64,000 nt of DNA from an uncultured Spirochaetota bacterium (GCA_963845535.1 CAWJSK010000013.1:224001-288000); one strand, 5' to 3'; counted from the stretch's first letter, positions 44,369 through 53,093 are shown. Notes: generated from the sequence alone by a model not told the origin. Program-made: numbers and translations.

Positions 44369-45877
44369 ATGAAATTGAAGGTGACATACCTGACGGTGCT
44401 GGCGGCAGCGGTGGTGGCCGTGGGGGCGTTGTTCCTGTTTGTTCCAATCTCTGGTTTCACGCAGGTCCGCAGCGGCTCATCCATCACGAGCGGACAGACC
44501 GTACAAACGGGCTCTGATTCGATACAGGTCCCGGGCGGTCTCGATTCGCTGCAGAGCTCGTTCCGGGCGGTGGCCAAGAAGATCCTGCCTTCCGTCGTGG
44601 AGATCAACGTGACGCAGCTCATCACGCAGCAGGCGCCGCAGCTCGACCTTCCGTTCAATTTCCCTTTTCCGTTCCTTGATCAGCAGGGCAACGGCGGAAA
44701 GCAGACTTTCCGACAGTCCGCTCTGGGTTCGGGAATCATTGTCCAGCGCTCCGGGGACCGCTACTACGTGCTGACGAACAACCACGTGGTCAAGGACGCC
44801 AACGACATCAGCGTGCGCCTCTATGACCAGAGGGTCTTCAAGGCCAAGGTGGTCGGCACCGACCCGCGCAAGGATATCGCCCTGGTCTCTTTCACGAGCC
44901 GGGAGCCCCTGCAGACGGCTGAGCTCGGCAACTCCAACACGCTCCAGGTCGGGGACATTGTTCTGGCGGTAGGCAACCCGCTGGGATTTGAATCGACGGT
45001 CACCATGGGCATCGTGAGCGCCTTGGGAAGGCACGGACCCTCGGGTGACGTGGCAACATACACGGATTACATCCAGACGGACGCCGCAATCAACCAGGGC
45101 AACTCCGGCGGGGCCCTTGTCAACATCAAGGGGCAGGTGGTCGGGATCAATACCTGGATCGCGGCGCCTTCGGGCGGAAACGTCGGGCTCGGTTTTGCAA
45201 TTCCCATTGACAACGCGGCCCCGGCAATCAGCCAGTTCATCCAAAAAGGGCACGTGGAGTATGGCTGGCTCGGCGCGCAGATCGCGGACATCAACGGCAG
45301 CTCCACGTATCCCGGTTTCGCCTCTGACCTCAAGGTCCAGGGGCTGGATGGCGCGTTGATGCTCAACATCTACAAGGCCTCACCGGCCGCGAAGGCGGGG
45401 CTGGAGCCCGGGGACTACATAACGAAGGTGGACGGGGCCATGGTCCGCAGCGCAGACGATCTGACGCAGAAGGTGGGAAGCTTCGAGCCTGGCAAGACCT
45501 ATACCTTTGCCGTCATCCGCGCCGGACAGACCGTCAGTGTGCCGGTGAGAATCGGCGTGCGGGATGACAAGGACCAGGTGGCGCAGGCGAAGAACCTCTG
45601 GCCGGGAATGACGGTTGTCGACATTGATGACCAGATTCGTCAGCAGGTCAGCATCCCCGCGTCCCTCCACGGCGTCGTGGTTGGCTATCTGCCGGAGCAG
45701 GACACGCCGGCCTCCATCGCGGGTTTCCGTCCCGGGGACGTCATCACCAACATCGACGGCCGGGCCGTGCAAAACATGATGGACTACTACAAGGCGCTCG
45801 ACGGCGCTCGCGGCAGCCAGGTCACCTTCCACATCATCAGGGAAGGGACCGATGTCAGCATCGGCCTTGAACATTAG
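44369..45877 (+). CDS. HtrA/DegP-family serine protease with two PDZ domains
   Basis: LGSG, TNNHV, QTDAAINQGNSGG, two PDZ-like domains. Confidence 0.95.
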   Translation: MKLKVTYLTVLAAAVVAVGALFLFVPISGFTQVRSGSSITSGQTVQTGSDSIQVPGGLDSLQSSFRAVAKKILPSVVEINVTQLITQQAPQLDLPFNFPFPFLDQQGNGGKQTFRQSALGSGIIVQRSGDRYYVLTNNHVVKDANDISVRLYDQRVFKAKVVGTDPRKDIALVSFTSREPLQTAELGNSNTLQVGDIVLAVGNPLGFESTVTMGIVSALGRHGPSGDVATYTDYIQTDAAINQGNSGGALVNIKGQVVGINTWIAAPSGGNVGLGFAIPIDNAAPAISQFIQKGHVEYGWLGAQIADINGSSTYPGFASDLKVQGLDGALMLNIYKASPAAKAGLEPGDYITKVDGAMVRSADDLTQKVGSFEPGKTYTFAVIRAGQTVSVPVRIGVRDDKDQVAQAKNLWPGMTVVDIDDQIRQQVSIPASLHGVVVGYLPEQDTPASIAGFRPGDVITNIDGRAVQNMMDYYKALDGARGSQVTFHIIREGTDVSIGLEH

Positions 45878-45880
45878 ACA

Positions 45881-45915
45881 AAGGAAAAGGACCCGTCGCC
45901 TGCGCGACGGGTCCT
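45881..45915. terminator. Intrinsic terminator hairpin between convergent genes
   Basis: 12-bp stem AGGACCCGTCGC/GCGACGGGTCCT (45888-45915) with an A-rich 5' flank (U-rich tail on the minus strand); second hairpin at 45951-45983. Confidence 0.7.
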
Positions 45916-46013
45916 GATGTCTTCCTCAAGGCGGAACAATGACTTTCTGCGCGGCCTCACAACGGCGTACCGTGTGAGGCCGCGGCTGCAATGGAGCTCA
46001 GGCTCCGAGAGCC

Positions 46014-46328
46014 CTACATCCTGGAGACCGAAGCCGCGATGATTCGGCCGTTCGAGCTTACGTCGAACTGTTCGACGATGTTGACTTGCTCGCTATGGGT
46101 GAACTTCTCGGGCACGACGTATCGGATGGTCTGACCGCCGCCGTCAGTGCCGAAAGTAAAATCCGGCGTGCCCATGTCCTTGATGAGCTGGTCCTTGTCA
46201 TGACCAACCCACTTCTGGGGCGTGGCGGGCGCATTGTATGCGAGCTCCAGAGGAGCGGCGCCAAGCATCCCCGCTGATGCAAGCACGAGAGCAACGATTA
46301 TCGCTGATGCAAGAACAGATCGCTTCAT
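46014..46328 (-). CDS. Small secreted hypothetical protein
   Basis: GGAGG RBS, signal peptide, WVGH...LIKDMGTP motif. Confidence 0.7.
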   Translation of the reverse strand: MKRSVLASAIIVALVLASAGMLGAAPLELAYNAPATPQKWVGHDKDQLIKDMGTPDFTFGTDGGGQTIRYVVPEKFTHSEQVNIVEQFDVSSNGRIIAASVSRM

Positions 46329-46418
46329 GGTGTAAAGACCTCCATTCGTTGTTAGCGTCAGTCCGCCTCTTGCAAAGACCGTTGACTCATTGTACGCGCC
46401 GCCGCTTATCCTCCGTTG

Positions 46419-47100
46419 CTAGGGAACAACAACTGGTACTGCAATTGATGTCGCCGTCGCATAAGTAGCGTTTCCCGCGTATTCCGCCGTTATGTCATAC
46501 GAACCTGCATTGAGCGGTAATGTGGTACATTGAGCGACTCCATTCCCAGCTAGCACTGCAGATCCAATTAGTTTTAGGTTATTGGCTAAGAAGAAAACTT
46601 CCCCTGTTGGCGTTCCGGAGTTACCCGTGACGGTTGCGGAAATCGATAGTTCTTGACCAGCCTGAACTGCTGTAGAGTCTATCGCAACATTAGCAATAGT
46701 TACTCCGTAACTACCGGAAGATGGCCAGGTGATCCCCCAAACCGTCGCAGACAGAGAACTGCTGCCAGCCGGGTTTTTCGCTTGCACTTCGTAGTAGCAG
46801 GCGGTGCCCCCGGTGAGCCCCGTGTCAGTGTAACTGGTGTTGGCTCCATCGTAGACCGGAGTGCCGCTAAACGGCCCGCTTGCGCTGGTGGCCCCATAGA
46901 GCTGGTAGCTGGTGGCCCCGCTGGAAGCGGTCCAGCTCACACTGATCGTGGTGGGTCGTTGAGGAGCCCACCGCTAGACCGGACGGCGTTGCCGGCCCCG
47001 TCTCCGTAGGAGGAGGAGTTGAACCGCCGGGACTGGAACATCCGAGGACTATCGTAACAAATAGCAGGCAGAGGGACGCCAGACGCCGACGCTTTTTCAT
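46419..47100 (-). pseudogene. Lipoprotein with fibronectin type III + Ig-like domain, frameshifted
   Basis: Lipobox IVLGC; removing one base from GGG at 46953-46955 joins PSGLAVGSSTT to TTISVSWTAS (FN3), followed by an Ig-like domain (GTPTGEVFF...YDITAEYAG). Confidence 0.75.
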
Positions 47101-47267
47101 GCTACACCCCCATAATATTCTGGACAGGATTATTTTTGCACCATATCACGTGTCATTATGGTTGCAACCAAAAATAATGGACAATCGCTCGCGCTGGGGA
47201 TAAACTCCAGGAAAAGAACAGGGGAAACATTACCGCTTGCCGTGTACGCCGGTACAAAGCGTGAGGA

Positions 47268-48443
47268 ATGAAGAGTAGGATGCAGAAGCGCCTTTTGTAT
47301 GCAGTTCTCATAGCAATTGTCATCGTCTCTTTTTTCGCTTGCAGCCTATTCTCTATGAGCGCCTTCCCCGCCTTCGGTTCGTCAAACAGGACAGCGTCGG
47401 GGACTCCCTTCTACGTGACAAACGAAGGGGTCACTGGCCCGGGCGGCCTATCCGCGTACAGCATGGGCTCCGATGGCACCATCACTGCCGCCGGCACCTT
47501 CAATACTGGAGGTGGGCCGAGCGGGATCGCGATCAGCCCCAACGGCAGCTACCTGTACGTGACGAACTTCAGTGGTTCACCCGGCGTCTCCGCCTACACC
47601 ATCGGGTCCGGCGGAGCGCTCACGGCCATCACGACCGGCACATTCGCCGCCGGATCAAACCCGAATGGGATCGCGATCAGCCCCAACGGCAACTACCTCT
47701 ATACGACAAACTCAGGCAGTGGCAGCGGTGGTTCAGACAGCATATCCGGGTACAGCATCGGCTCCGGCGGCTCCCTCTCCCCCATCACCTTAAGCGCCGC
47801 AGGCTTCATTGCCGGCGTTGAGCCGTGGGGGATCGCGATCAGCCCAAACGGTAACTACCTTTACGTGACAAACGTCAGCAGCACTGGCGCAAGCGGCTTA
47901 TCACCGTACACCATTAACCCCGACGGCACCCTCGCGGCCATCACTACCGGCACATTTGCCACCGGATCAGGGCCAAAAGGGATTGCGATCAGCCCCAACG
48001 GCAACTACCTGTACGTGACAAACGACGGTGGCAGCATATCCGCCTACACGATCACGTCCGGCAGCGGTGCCCTGGCCTCCAACGGCACTTTCACCACCGT
48101 AACAAACCCGCAGGGCGGGATCGCGATCAGCCCGAACGGCAACTACCTCTACGTGACAAACGTCAGCAGCAGCGGCACAAACGGCCTGTCCGCCTACGCC
48201 ATTAACTCCGGCGGCTCCCTCAGCCTGAGCTCCTCAGGCTACACCACCGGGGCAACGCCGTTCGGAATAGCGATCAGCCCTGACGGCAACTACCTCTACG
48301 TGACAAACATCGGCAGCGCCACTGGTGCAAGCGGCATCTCCGCCTTCCGCATCAACTCCGATGGCACCCTCTCCCCAATCACCTTAACCACCTCCGGCTC
48401 CACCACCGGAAAATACCCTGCCGGGATAGCAATCATGCCGTAA
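47268..48443 (+). CDS. Beta-propeller (lactonase/YncE-like) surface lipoprotein
   Basis: Lipobox FFAC; six GIAISP(N/D)G(N/S)YLY(V/T)TN repeats plus split terminal blade. Confidence 0.85.
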   Translation: MKSRMQKRLLYAVLIAIVIVSFFACSLFSMSAFPAFGSSNRTASGTPFYVTNEGVTGPGGLSAYSMGSDGTITAAGTFNTGGGPSGIAISPNGSYLYVTNFSGSPGVSAYTIGSGGALTAITTGTFAAGSNPNGIAISPNGNYLYTTNSGSGSGGSDSISGYSIGSGGSLSPITLSAAGFIAGVEPWGIAISPNGNYLYVTNVSSTGASGLSPYTINPDGTLAAITTGTFATGSGPKGIAISPNGNYLYVTNDGGSISAYTITSGSGALASNGTFTTVTNPQGGIAISPNGNYLYVTNVSSSGTNGLSAYAINSGGSLSLSSSGYTTGATPFGIAISPDGNYLYVTNIGSATGASGISAFRINSDGTLSPITLTTSGSTTGKYPAGIAIMP

Positions 48444-48536
48444 AGGGAAGGGAACTTACATGCGGGCGCTCTCAAGCTCTGGATAGGGAGAGCGAACTCA
48501 AAATCTCAGAGAAGTGGCAACATTCATCTGGAAACA

Positions 48537-48581
48537 ATGGGCAATGCGCGATTCGAACGCGCGGCCTATGGCTCCGGAGGC
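48537..48581. repeat. att core copy (duplicated 3' part of tRNA-Arg), integrase-distal end
   Basis: ATGGGCAATGCGCGATTCGAACGCGCGGCCTATGGCTCCGGAGGC is identical to 61969-62013. Confidence 0.97.
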
Positions 48582-48898
48582 GAGACTTGCATTTTTGCTC
48601 GTCCCGCTCACTTTCGCTTGCCCTCGCTCATGTTGAAGCTCCATAAGTAGTTGCGCTCTCAGGGTTCGCTTGCTTCGACTCAGCTCAGGCACGCTTTTTC
48701 CGCGCCGGTGGTCCTGCAAGTGGTCCCAAAAAGCGAGGGTACACCTATAGCCCGTGCGCCATAGGCCGGGGTCGCAAGTGGTCTTAGGACCAAGAAGCCA
48801 GAGGACCTATGGCCCGAGCACTATGGGCCAGCGTTGCGCTTGGTGTTTTACTCCTATGCATGGTATGATAGGCCAGCGCAAGAAAAGTGGAGGATAAA

Positions 48899-49405
48899 AT
48901 GACCTACGACGAGTTGCTTGAAACCTGGAAGCGCTACGACACTGAGTGGAAGGCATATCAGGATTCCGTCTTTCAGGTGATCGATTTATTCATGCAAGCA
49001 TGGAGAAAGCACTTGGCGGCACCAGCTCGACCAGTCTTCAGACTGATTCCTACCGATTTCGATAGGCAAGCTCCAGAGGGCCTCCAACCGTTGCCTTTGG
49101 TGGTTTCTTTCGATAGCCAGGGAATTGCATTGGTCACACTCGAAGTCACCATAAGCGAAGGAACTCCCAGGGCTTCTCAGCTGTGTTTCTTTCTCGATAT
49201 GAGCATTTTCAGAACGAAGAGCGAATGGCATTGGAAGGCATTTGAAAAAGCGGAGACGAAGGTTCTTACCGATCGGCCCACCCCGGAGGAATTGGACGAT
49301 TTGTGTTCCTACATAACGGCAGCGATGAGCAAAGATTTCGAGGGACACGCCGAGGATTCGATTGGAAAAGTCCCGGAGAATACCATTGGATTTCGCGTAG
49401 GGTGA
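48899..49405 (+). CDS. Hypothetical cargo protein
   Basis: GGAGG RBS before ATG 48899; low GC. Confidence 0.7.
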   Translation: MTYDELLETWKRYDTEWKAYQDSVFQVIDLFMQAWRKHLAAPARPVFRLIPTDFDRQAPEGLQPLPLVVSFDSQGIALVTLEVTISEGTPRASQLCFFLDMSIFRTKSEWHWKAFEKAETKVLTDRPTPEELDDLCSYITAAMSKDFEGHAEDSIGKVPENTIGFRVG

Positions 49406-49938
49406 TGATCCCAACTTCCGTGACGAACGCTCACCCAGTGTTTCAACTTCTACCGATCACTTGGCAGACGTTTTCGACGATAGGCACCTTTATGGCGGTT
49501 ATCGTTGCGATCGCGCTTCCTGCTTGGAGAGATAGGAAGCGGCTGAAACTTAAGCTCTCTATTGCAAACTTGATTCGTCCGGAGGGCGCCCTGACCGATT
49601 ACCTCCACTCGTCCACTGACCCCAACGAACCCTCAATAAGAGGTTCCGGCCTTCAGTGCTTTCTTTTGCTCGATGCCACAAACACCGGACGAACCAAAAT
49701 GACGGTGCGGTCTTGGGAAGCAAGGAAAAAGGGGGACAGAAAAGGGCGAATGAAGATAGAGTCCGCCGGGAGAGAGCCTCCGCCATACGGATTAGACTCA
49801 CACCAAAGTATCCAGCTTATCAGCGGGTATTTGCCGGAAATGCTTTCAGGTATCATTGACATGTGGATTGTTGACTCGACGGGCAGGAAGTGGAGAGTCC
49901 CGGGCCGAGAGCTGCGGAGAATGAGGGGCTACAAGTAG
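49405..49938 (+). CDS. Hypothetical cargo protein with N-terminal TM helix
   Basis: Start overlaps the upstream stop; TM segment IGTFMAVIVAIALPAW. Confidence 0.65.
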   Translation: MIPTSVTNAHPVFQLLPITWQTFSTIGTFMAVIVAIALPAWRDRKRLKLKLSIANLIRPEGALTDYLHSSTDPNEPSIRGSGLQCFLLLDATNTGRTKMTVRSWEARKKGDRKGRMKIESAGREPPPYGLDSHQSIQLISGYLPEMLSGIIDMWIVDSTGRKWRVPGRELRRMRGYK

Positions 49939-50021
49939 CCCGCTCCTGGGATACGGCAAGCCCCCCGAAAGTCTCGCCTTGTCCCGCCACGGAGGTGCTC
50001 TTTTCGCGTTGTACAAAAAAA

Positions 50022-50139
50022 CCCGGGTTACTCTCGGCAGCGCTTTACCGATGAGTGCCCGGGAAGTTCTTGCCGGCGGAAAGAGAGACGCATCGTTGCC
50101 CCCTTGCCGTGGTCCGGCGTCTCCCGCAGGGCGAGGACT
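50022..50139. ncRNA. Putative structured element, copy 1
   Basis: Two hairpins; aligns with 50340-50462 with compensatory changes. Confidence 0.55.
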
Positions 50140-50339
50140 TTTCTACGTGCTTGCGGCTGTCCCGTAGTGGCGAGACTGCGGACGCGGGATGCCGTTCTCC
50201 CGCACGTCCCCCGTGAGTCGCCTCCTGCATGGCGTCGATTCCCGGGGGCCGGACGGCTGTCAAAAATCAATTGTCACTTTTGAAGTGACATTTGGTCCGC
50301 CTGCCGCTCGGTCTGCCCGGCAACGCGGACGGAAGAAAG

Positions 50340-50462
50340 CCGGGTTACTTGCGGTGATCGGCCGCGAAGTGCCCGGGGAGTCCTTGCCCGGTGGAAACAG
50401 AGACGGTGACCCTTGGTTGTCAGGGGTATTCTTGGTCCGGCCGTCTCCCGCAGGGCAAGGTT
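50340..50462. ncRNA. Putative structured element, copy 2
   Basis: Two hairpins; aligns with 50022-50139; lies 11 nt from the recombinase stop. Confidence 0.55.
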
Positions 50463-50473
50463 ACTCTCGACGG

Positions 50474-51370
50474 CTACCCTCTCGGGTGGAAGCGCCCATG
50501 TAGCTTTTTCAATCTCTGGGGGTCAACATGGGTGTAAATTGCCGTCGTCTCGATGTTCTCATGACCAAGTAGCTCTTGAATCACTCGGAGGTCTGCCCCT
50601 CCCTGTAACAGATGCGTGGCAAAGGAATGCCGCAGGGTTTGCGGGTGTGCGTCCGGAATCCCCGCGCGGATGCAAAGGGTACGGAATGCCTTCCAGAGCT
50701 GCGGACGAGACAGCTTCCTGCCCCGGCGGCTGATGAATAGCGCGTCCGTTGTCGAGCCCTTGAGAAGCTCCGACCTTGCGTCCGTGAGATAGTTCTCCAA
50801 AGCAACGCGCGCCCTCTCGCCGAGCGGGACGATGCGCTCCTTGTCGCCTTTCCCTACAACTCGCACGTAGGTTTTGCCGAGATCGAGGGTCCGCATGGTG
50901 AGCCCGATTGCCTCACTTTCGCGCAGGCCGCAGCTATACATAGTCTCAAAGAGCGCCCGGTCCCTGACGCCTACCGCGTCGGTCCGGCAGGAATCGAGCA
51001 AATGCTCAACCTGGCCCACGGACAAGACCCTGGGCAGCCGCTTTATCATGCGTGGCACTTGAAGTCCTCGGGCTGGATTCTCTGGAATGACCCCCTCTAT
51101 CACCAGGAAGCCCAGGAACGAGCGCAGCGCGGTTGCCACCTTCGCCACCGTGCGCGCCTGGGCTCCCGCTATCTGTCCGCTCACAAGAAATGCTGTAACG
51201 TCCGACAGGTCCGCGTCCGAGACGGTTTTCCCTTCCAGTCTCAGGTGCGCGACAAACGAACGTGAAGCGGCAAGGTAAGTCTCAATGGTGCCCGGTGCAA
51301 GCGCGAGCTGCGCCAGGAGATAGTCCGCGAAGCCGAATAGCTCGTCGCGCTCCGGAAGTTTCTCCGTCAT
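50474..51370 (-). CDS. XerD-like tyrosine recombinase carried by the element
   Basis: RDRALFETMYSCGLRESE, GKGDKERIVP, QTLRHSFATHLLQGGADLRVIQELLGH, TTAIYTHV. Confidence 0.92.
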   Translation of the reverse strand: MTEKLPERDELFGFADYLLAQLALAPGTIETYLAASRSFVAHLRLEGKTVSDADLSDVTAFLVSGQIAGAQARTVAKVATALRSFLGFLVIEGVIPENPARGLQVPRMIKRLPRVLSVGQVEHLLDSCRTDAVGVRDRALFETMYSCGLRESEAIGLTMRTLDLGKTYVRVVGKGDKERIVPLGERARVALENYLTDARSELLKGSTTDALFISRRGRKLSRPQLWKAFRTLCIRAGIPDAHPQTLRHSFATHLLQGGADLRVIQELLGHENIETTAIYTHVDPQRLKKLHGRFHPRG

Positions 51371-51681
51371 GGTGTGCGCTTTCCCTTCCTGGGACTCGGC
51401 AAGCCGAGGGCTTTCTCAACGGCCGCAAGGCGAGTACCAAAGCCCCCTACCATCTGTGCCAGGAGATCGACGCGGGCGGCTTGGTCGCGGATTTCCTTGT
51501 CGATCCCGCTTCGGCGCGCCAGCACGGCCCCCATGTTCTCGATAACCTCGAGCTTCATGGTCTTGACTTCGTGAATGAGCATGTAGCGAAACTGCGCAAT
51601 GAGGGCAACTACTTCTTCCTCGTTCAAGACGCGGGGGGGGTCGGGTCCGGGCGCCTCGGCGGGTGCGTCTTTCTCACTCAT
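51367..51681 (-). CDS. Hypothetical coiled-coil protein
   Basis: ATGA overlaps on both sides within a coupled operon. Confidence 0.65.
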   Translation of the reverse strand: MSEKDAPAEAPGPDPPRVLNEEEVVALIAQFRYMLIHEVKTMKLEVIENMGAVLARRSGIDKEIRDQAARVDLLAQMVGGFGTRLAAVEKALGLPSPRKGKRTP

Positions 51682-51899
51682 ACCCTCGGCTCCGGGACCG
51701 TGGCGCCGCAATGACAGACAATCGGGCGCTCCCCATCGTCGAACGTACTCCCACCGCACGCCAGGCAAGGCACCAAGCGGATAGTCTCGCGTTCCTTGCC
51801 CTTCTGTTTCCCGTTCAGGGGTAGCCGCATCTGTTCGCAATCGTCCCGGTACTCCGCCGGGGTCATCCTGACAAACCCGAAAAGTGTTTGATCGCTCAT
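51678..51899 (-). CDS. Small zinc-ribbon protein
   Basis: CLAC...CHCG; coupled start. Confidence 0.65.
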   Translation of the reverse strand: MSDQTLFGFVRMTPAEYRDDCEQMRLPLNGKQKGKERETIRLVPCLACGGSTFDDGERPIVCHCGATVPEPRV

Positions 51900-52084
51900 A
51901 CCAGCCCCCTGCGCTCAATGGTCTGCCGTACGCCCTCCGCTACAAAGAGTATTTCCGTGCACTCCTCCGCGCTCTCCGAGTGATTGCGCACATCGTCATA
52001 GGTGAGGCGGTGCAAGAGTAGGCTAAGAATGCGCGCCTCGCGTTCGGATAGAGCGATGGTCACTTTTCTCCGTTTCTCGCTCAT
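51896..52084 (-). CDS. Small hypothetical phage-type protein
   Basis: GGAGG RBS, ATGA overlaps. Confidence 0.65.
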   Translation of the reverse strand: MSEKRRKVTIALSEREARILSLLLHRLTYDDVRNHSESAEECTEILFVAEGVRQTIERRGLV

Positions 52085-52671
52085 GCCGCACCTCCTTTTC
52101 CCGTGTTCGCCAAAGCTTTCAGATTGCGAAGTACCCGCTTGATTGCCGCCGAGCGGTGGGATGAATCGAGCTTTGAAATGTAGTCGTCCAGCTCCTCAAT
52201 GAGCGCTTCGAGTTCCTCGTCTGCCGTGTCCTCACCCTCGCTTTCGTCTTCTCCTTCGGTGTCCTCCTGGCCATCTATCGCTTCGCGCAGCTCCTTGACC
52301 GTCCAATGGTTCTCTGCGGCCCTTGCGAGCCATGCTTCCTGCTGCTCGGGTTCCATAGGAGCAACCAGCGAATGGTGTGAGAAAGTCAGCTTGTCAGTCC
52401 GGAGTGACAGAGCTATCCGCGAGCAGACGTACTTGAGATTACGGAGGTAGCCCTCATCGAAACCCGTTGCGTCAAGCGCCTGTGAGTAGGTTTCCCCGTA
52501 GGTGTGCTCCCCGATGTTCAGAAGGTCACCTATCCACCATTGCGAGCTACGGTGCAAGTCACAGCAGACGGAGAGAGCTACTTCCCATTCCCCATAGTCC
52601 GCGTTGCTCTTGGCCACCAAGCCCACCGGGGTTGTTTTGTACTTCGCTCCGACTTCAAGCGTGTTACTCAT
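52081..52671 (-). CDS. LmbU-like DNA-binding protein
   Basis: WWIGD..N.GE..YGE.Y..AL..TG......LRN, LTFSHH..VA, Q.AWL..A....WTVKELR pattern; start ATG 52671. Confidence 0.65.
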   Translation of the reverse strand: MSNTLEVGAKYKTTPVGLVAKSNADYGEWEVALSVCCDLHRSSQWWIGDLLNIGEHTYGETYSQALDATGFDEGYLRNLKYVCSRIALSLRTDKLTFSHHSLVAPMEPEQQEAWLARAAENHWTVKELREAIDGQEDTEGEDESEGEDTADEELEALIEELDDYISKLDSSHRSAAIKRVLRNLKALANTGKGGAA

Positions 52672-52972
52672 CGCGCACCCCCCTGCTGTCCTGGTAGCAG
52701 GCAAGCGCCGCATCCTTGATGGACGAGTACAGGTGCTTGCGATTGCATGAGGCGATCCAGCCGATGCCATAGGGATTCTGTGCGATTCGTCCGACTGCCT
52801 CACCGGGAAAGAACACCGTGCGGATCATGGGGTGTTGCGTGCGCTGCACCGTGATCCGTGCCAGCACGTCAGCGATTCGGTCAGGGTCAAAGGCGTGAGA
52901 GACTACGGGGAGGGGATGAAAAGCGGGTACTTCCTCCGCAACGGGAAGAAGCTCGATTGAAAGATTTTCCAT
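52664..52972 (-). CDS. Hypothetical protein, first gene of the leftward operon
   Basis: AGGAGG RBS before ATG 52972. Confidence 0.65.
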   Translation of the reverse strand: MENLSIELLPVAEEVPAFHPLPVVSHAFDPDRIADVLARITVQRTQHPMIRTVFFPGEAVGRIAQNPYGIGWIASCNRKHLYSSIKDAALACYQDSRGVRDE

Positions 52973-53006
52973 GACGCACCTCCTGACAAGTGCTCCTGAA
53001 AAATGA

Positions 53007-53059
53007 TTGTCGGAAAGCCGTTCAGGTTCGGCCTTGTCGGGGTTCTCCCTATCCGACAA
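53007..53059 (-). ncRNA. Putative three-way-junction leader RNA, copy A
   Basis: Outer stem TTGTCGGA/TCCGACAA enclosing two hairpins; begins at the predicted TSS. Confidence 0.55.
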
Positions 53060-53064
53060 GGCAC

Positions 53065-53093
53065 ATATTACCCTCTGTCCTTAAAGGTGTCAA
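53065..53093 (-). promoter_or_regulatory. Sigma70-type promoter for the leftward operon
   Basis: TTGACA-N17-TAATAT on the minus strand. Confidence 0.75.

Noticed and set aside
47523..48310. Regularly spaced ~45-nt repeats resembling a CRISPR array or DGR repeats
   Set aside because: They are in-frame beta-propeller blades with synonymous variation; no cas or reverse transcriptase gene in the window
48537..48581. Second tRNA gene
   Set aside because: Only the 3' 45 nt are duplicated; the D arm and 5' acceptor strand are absent, so it is an att site
50022..50462. Integron attC sites, or hammerhead/HDV ribozymes, as the identity of the duplicated hairpins
   Set aside because: No RYYYAAC/GTTRRRY pairing, no cassette ORF between copies and no IntI-specific insertion in the recombinase; ribozyme catalytic cores could not be completed by eye
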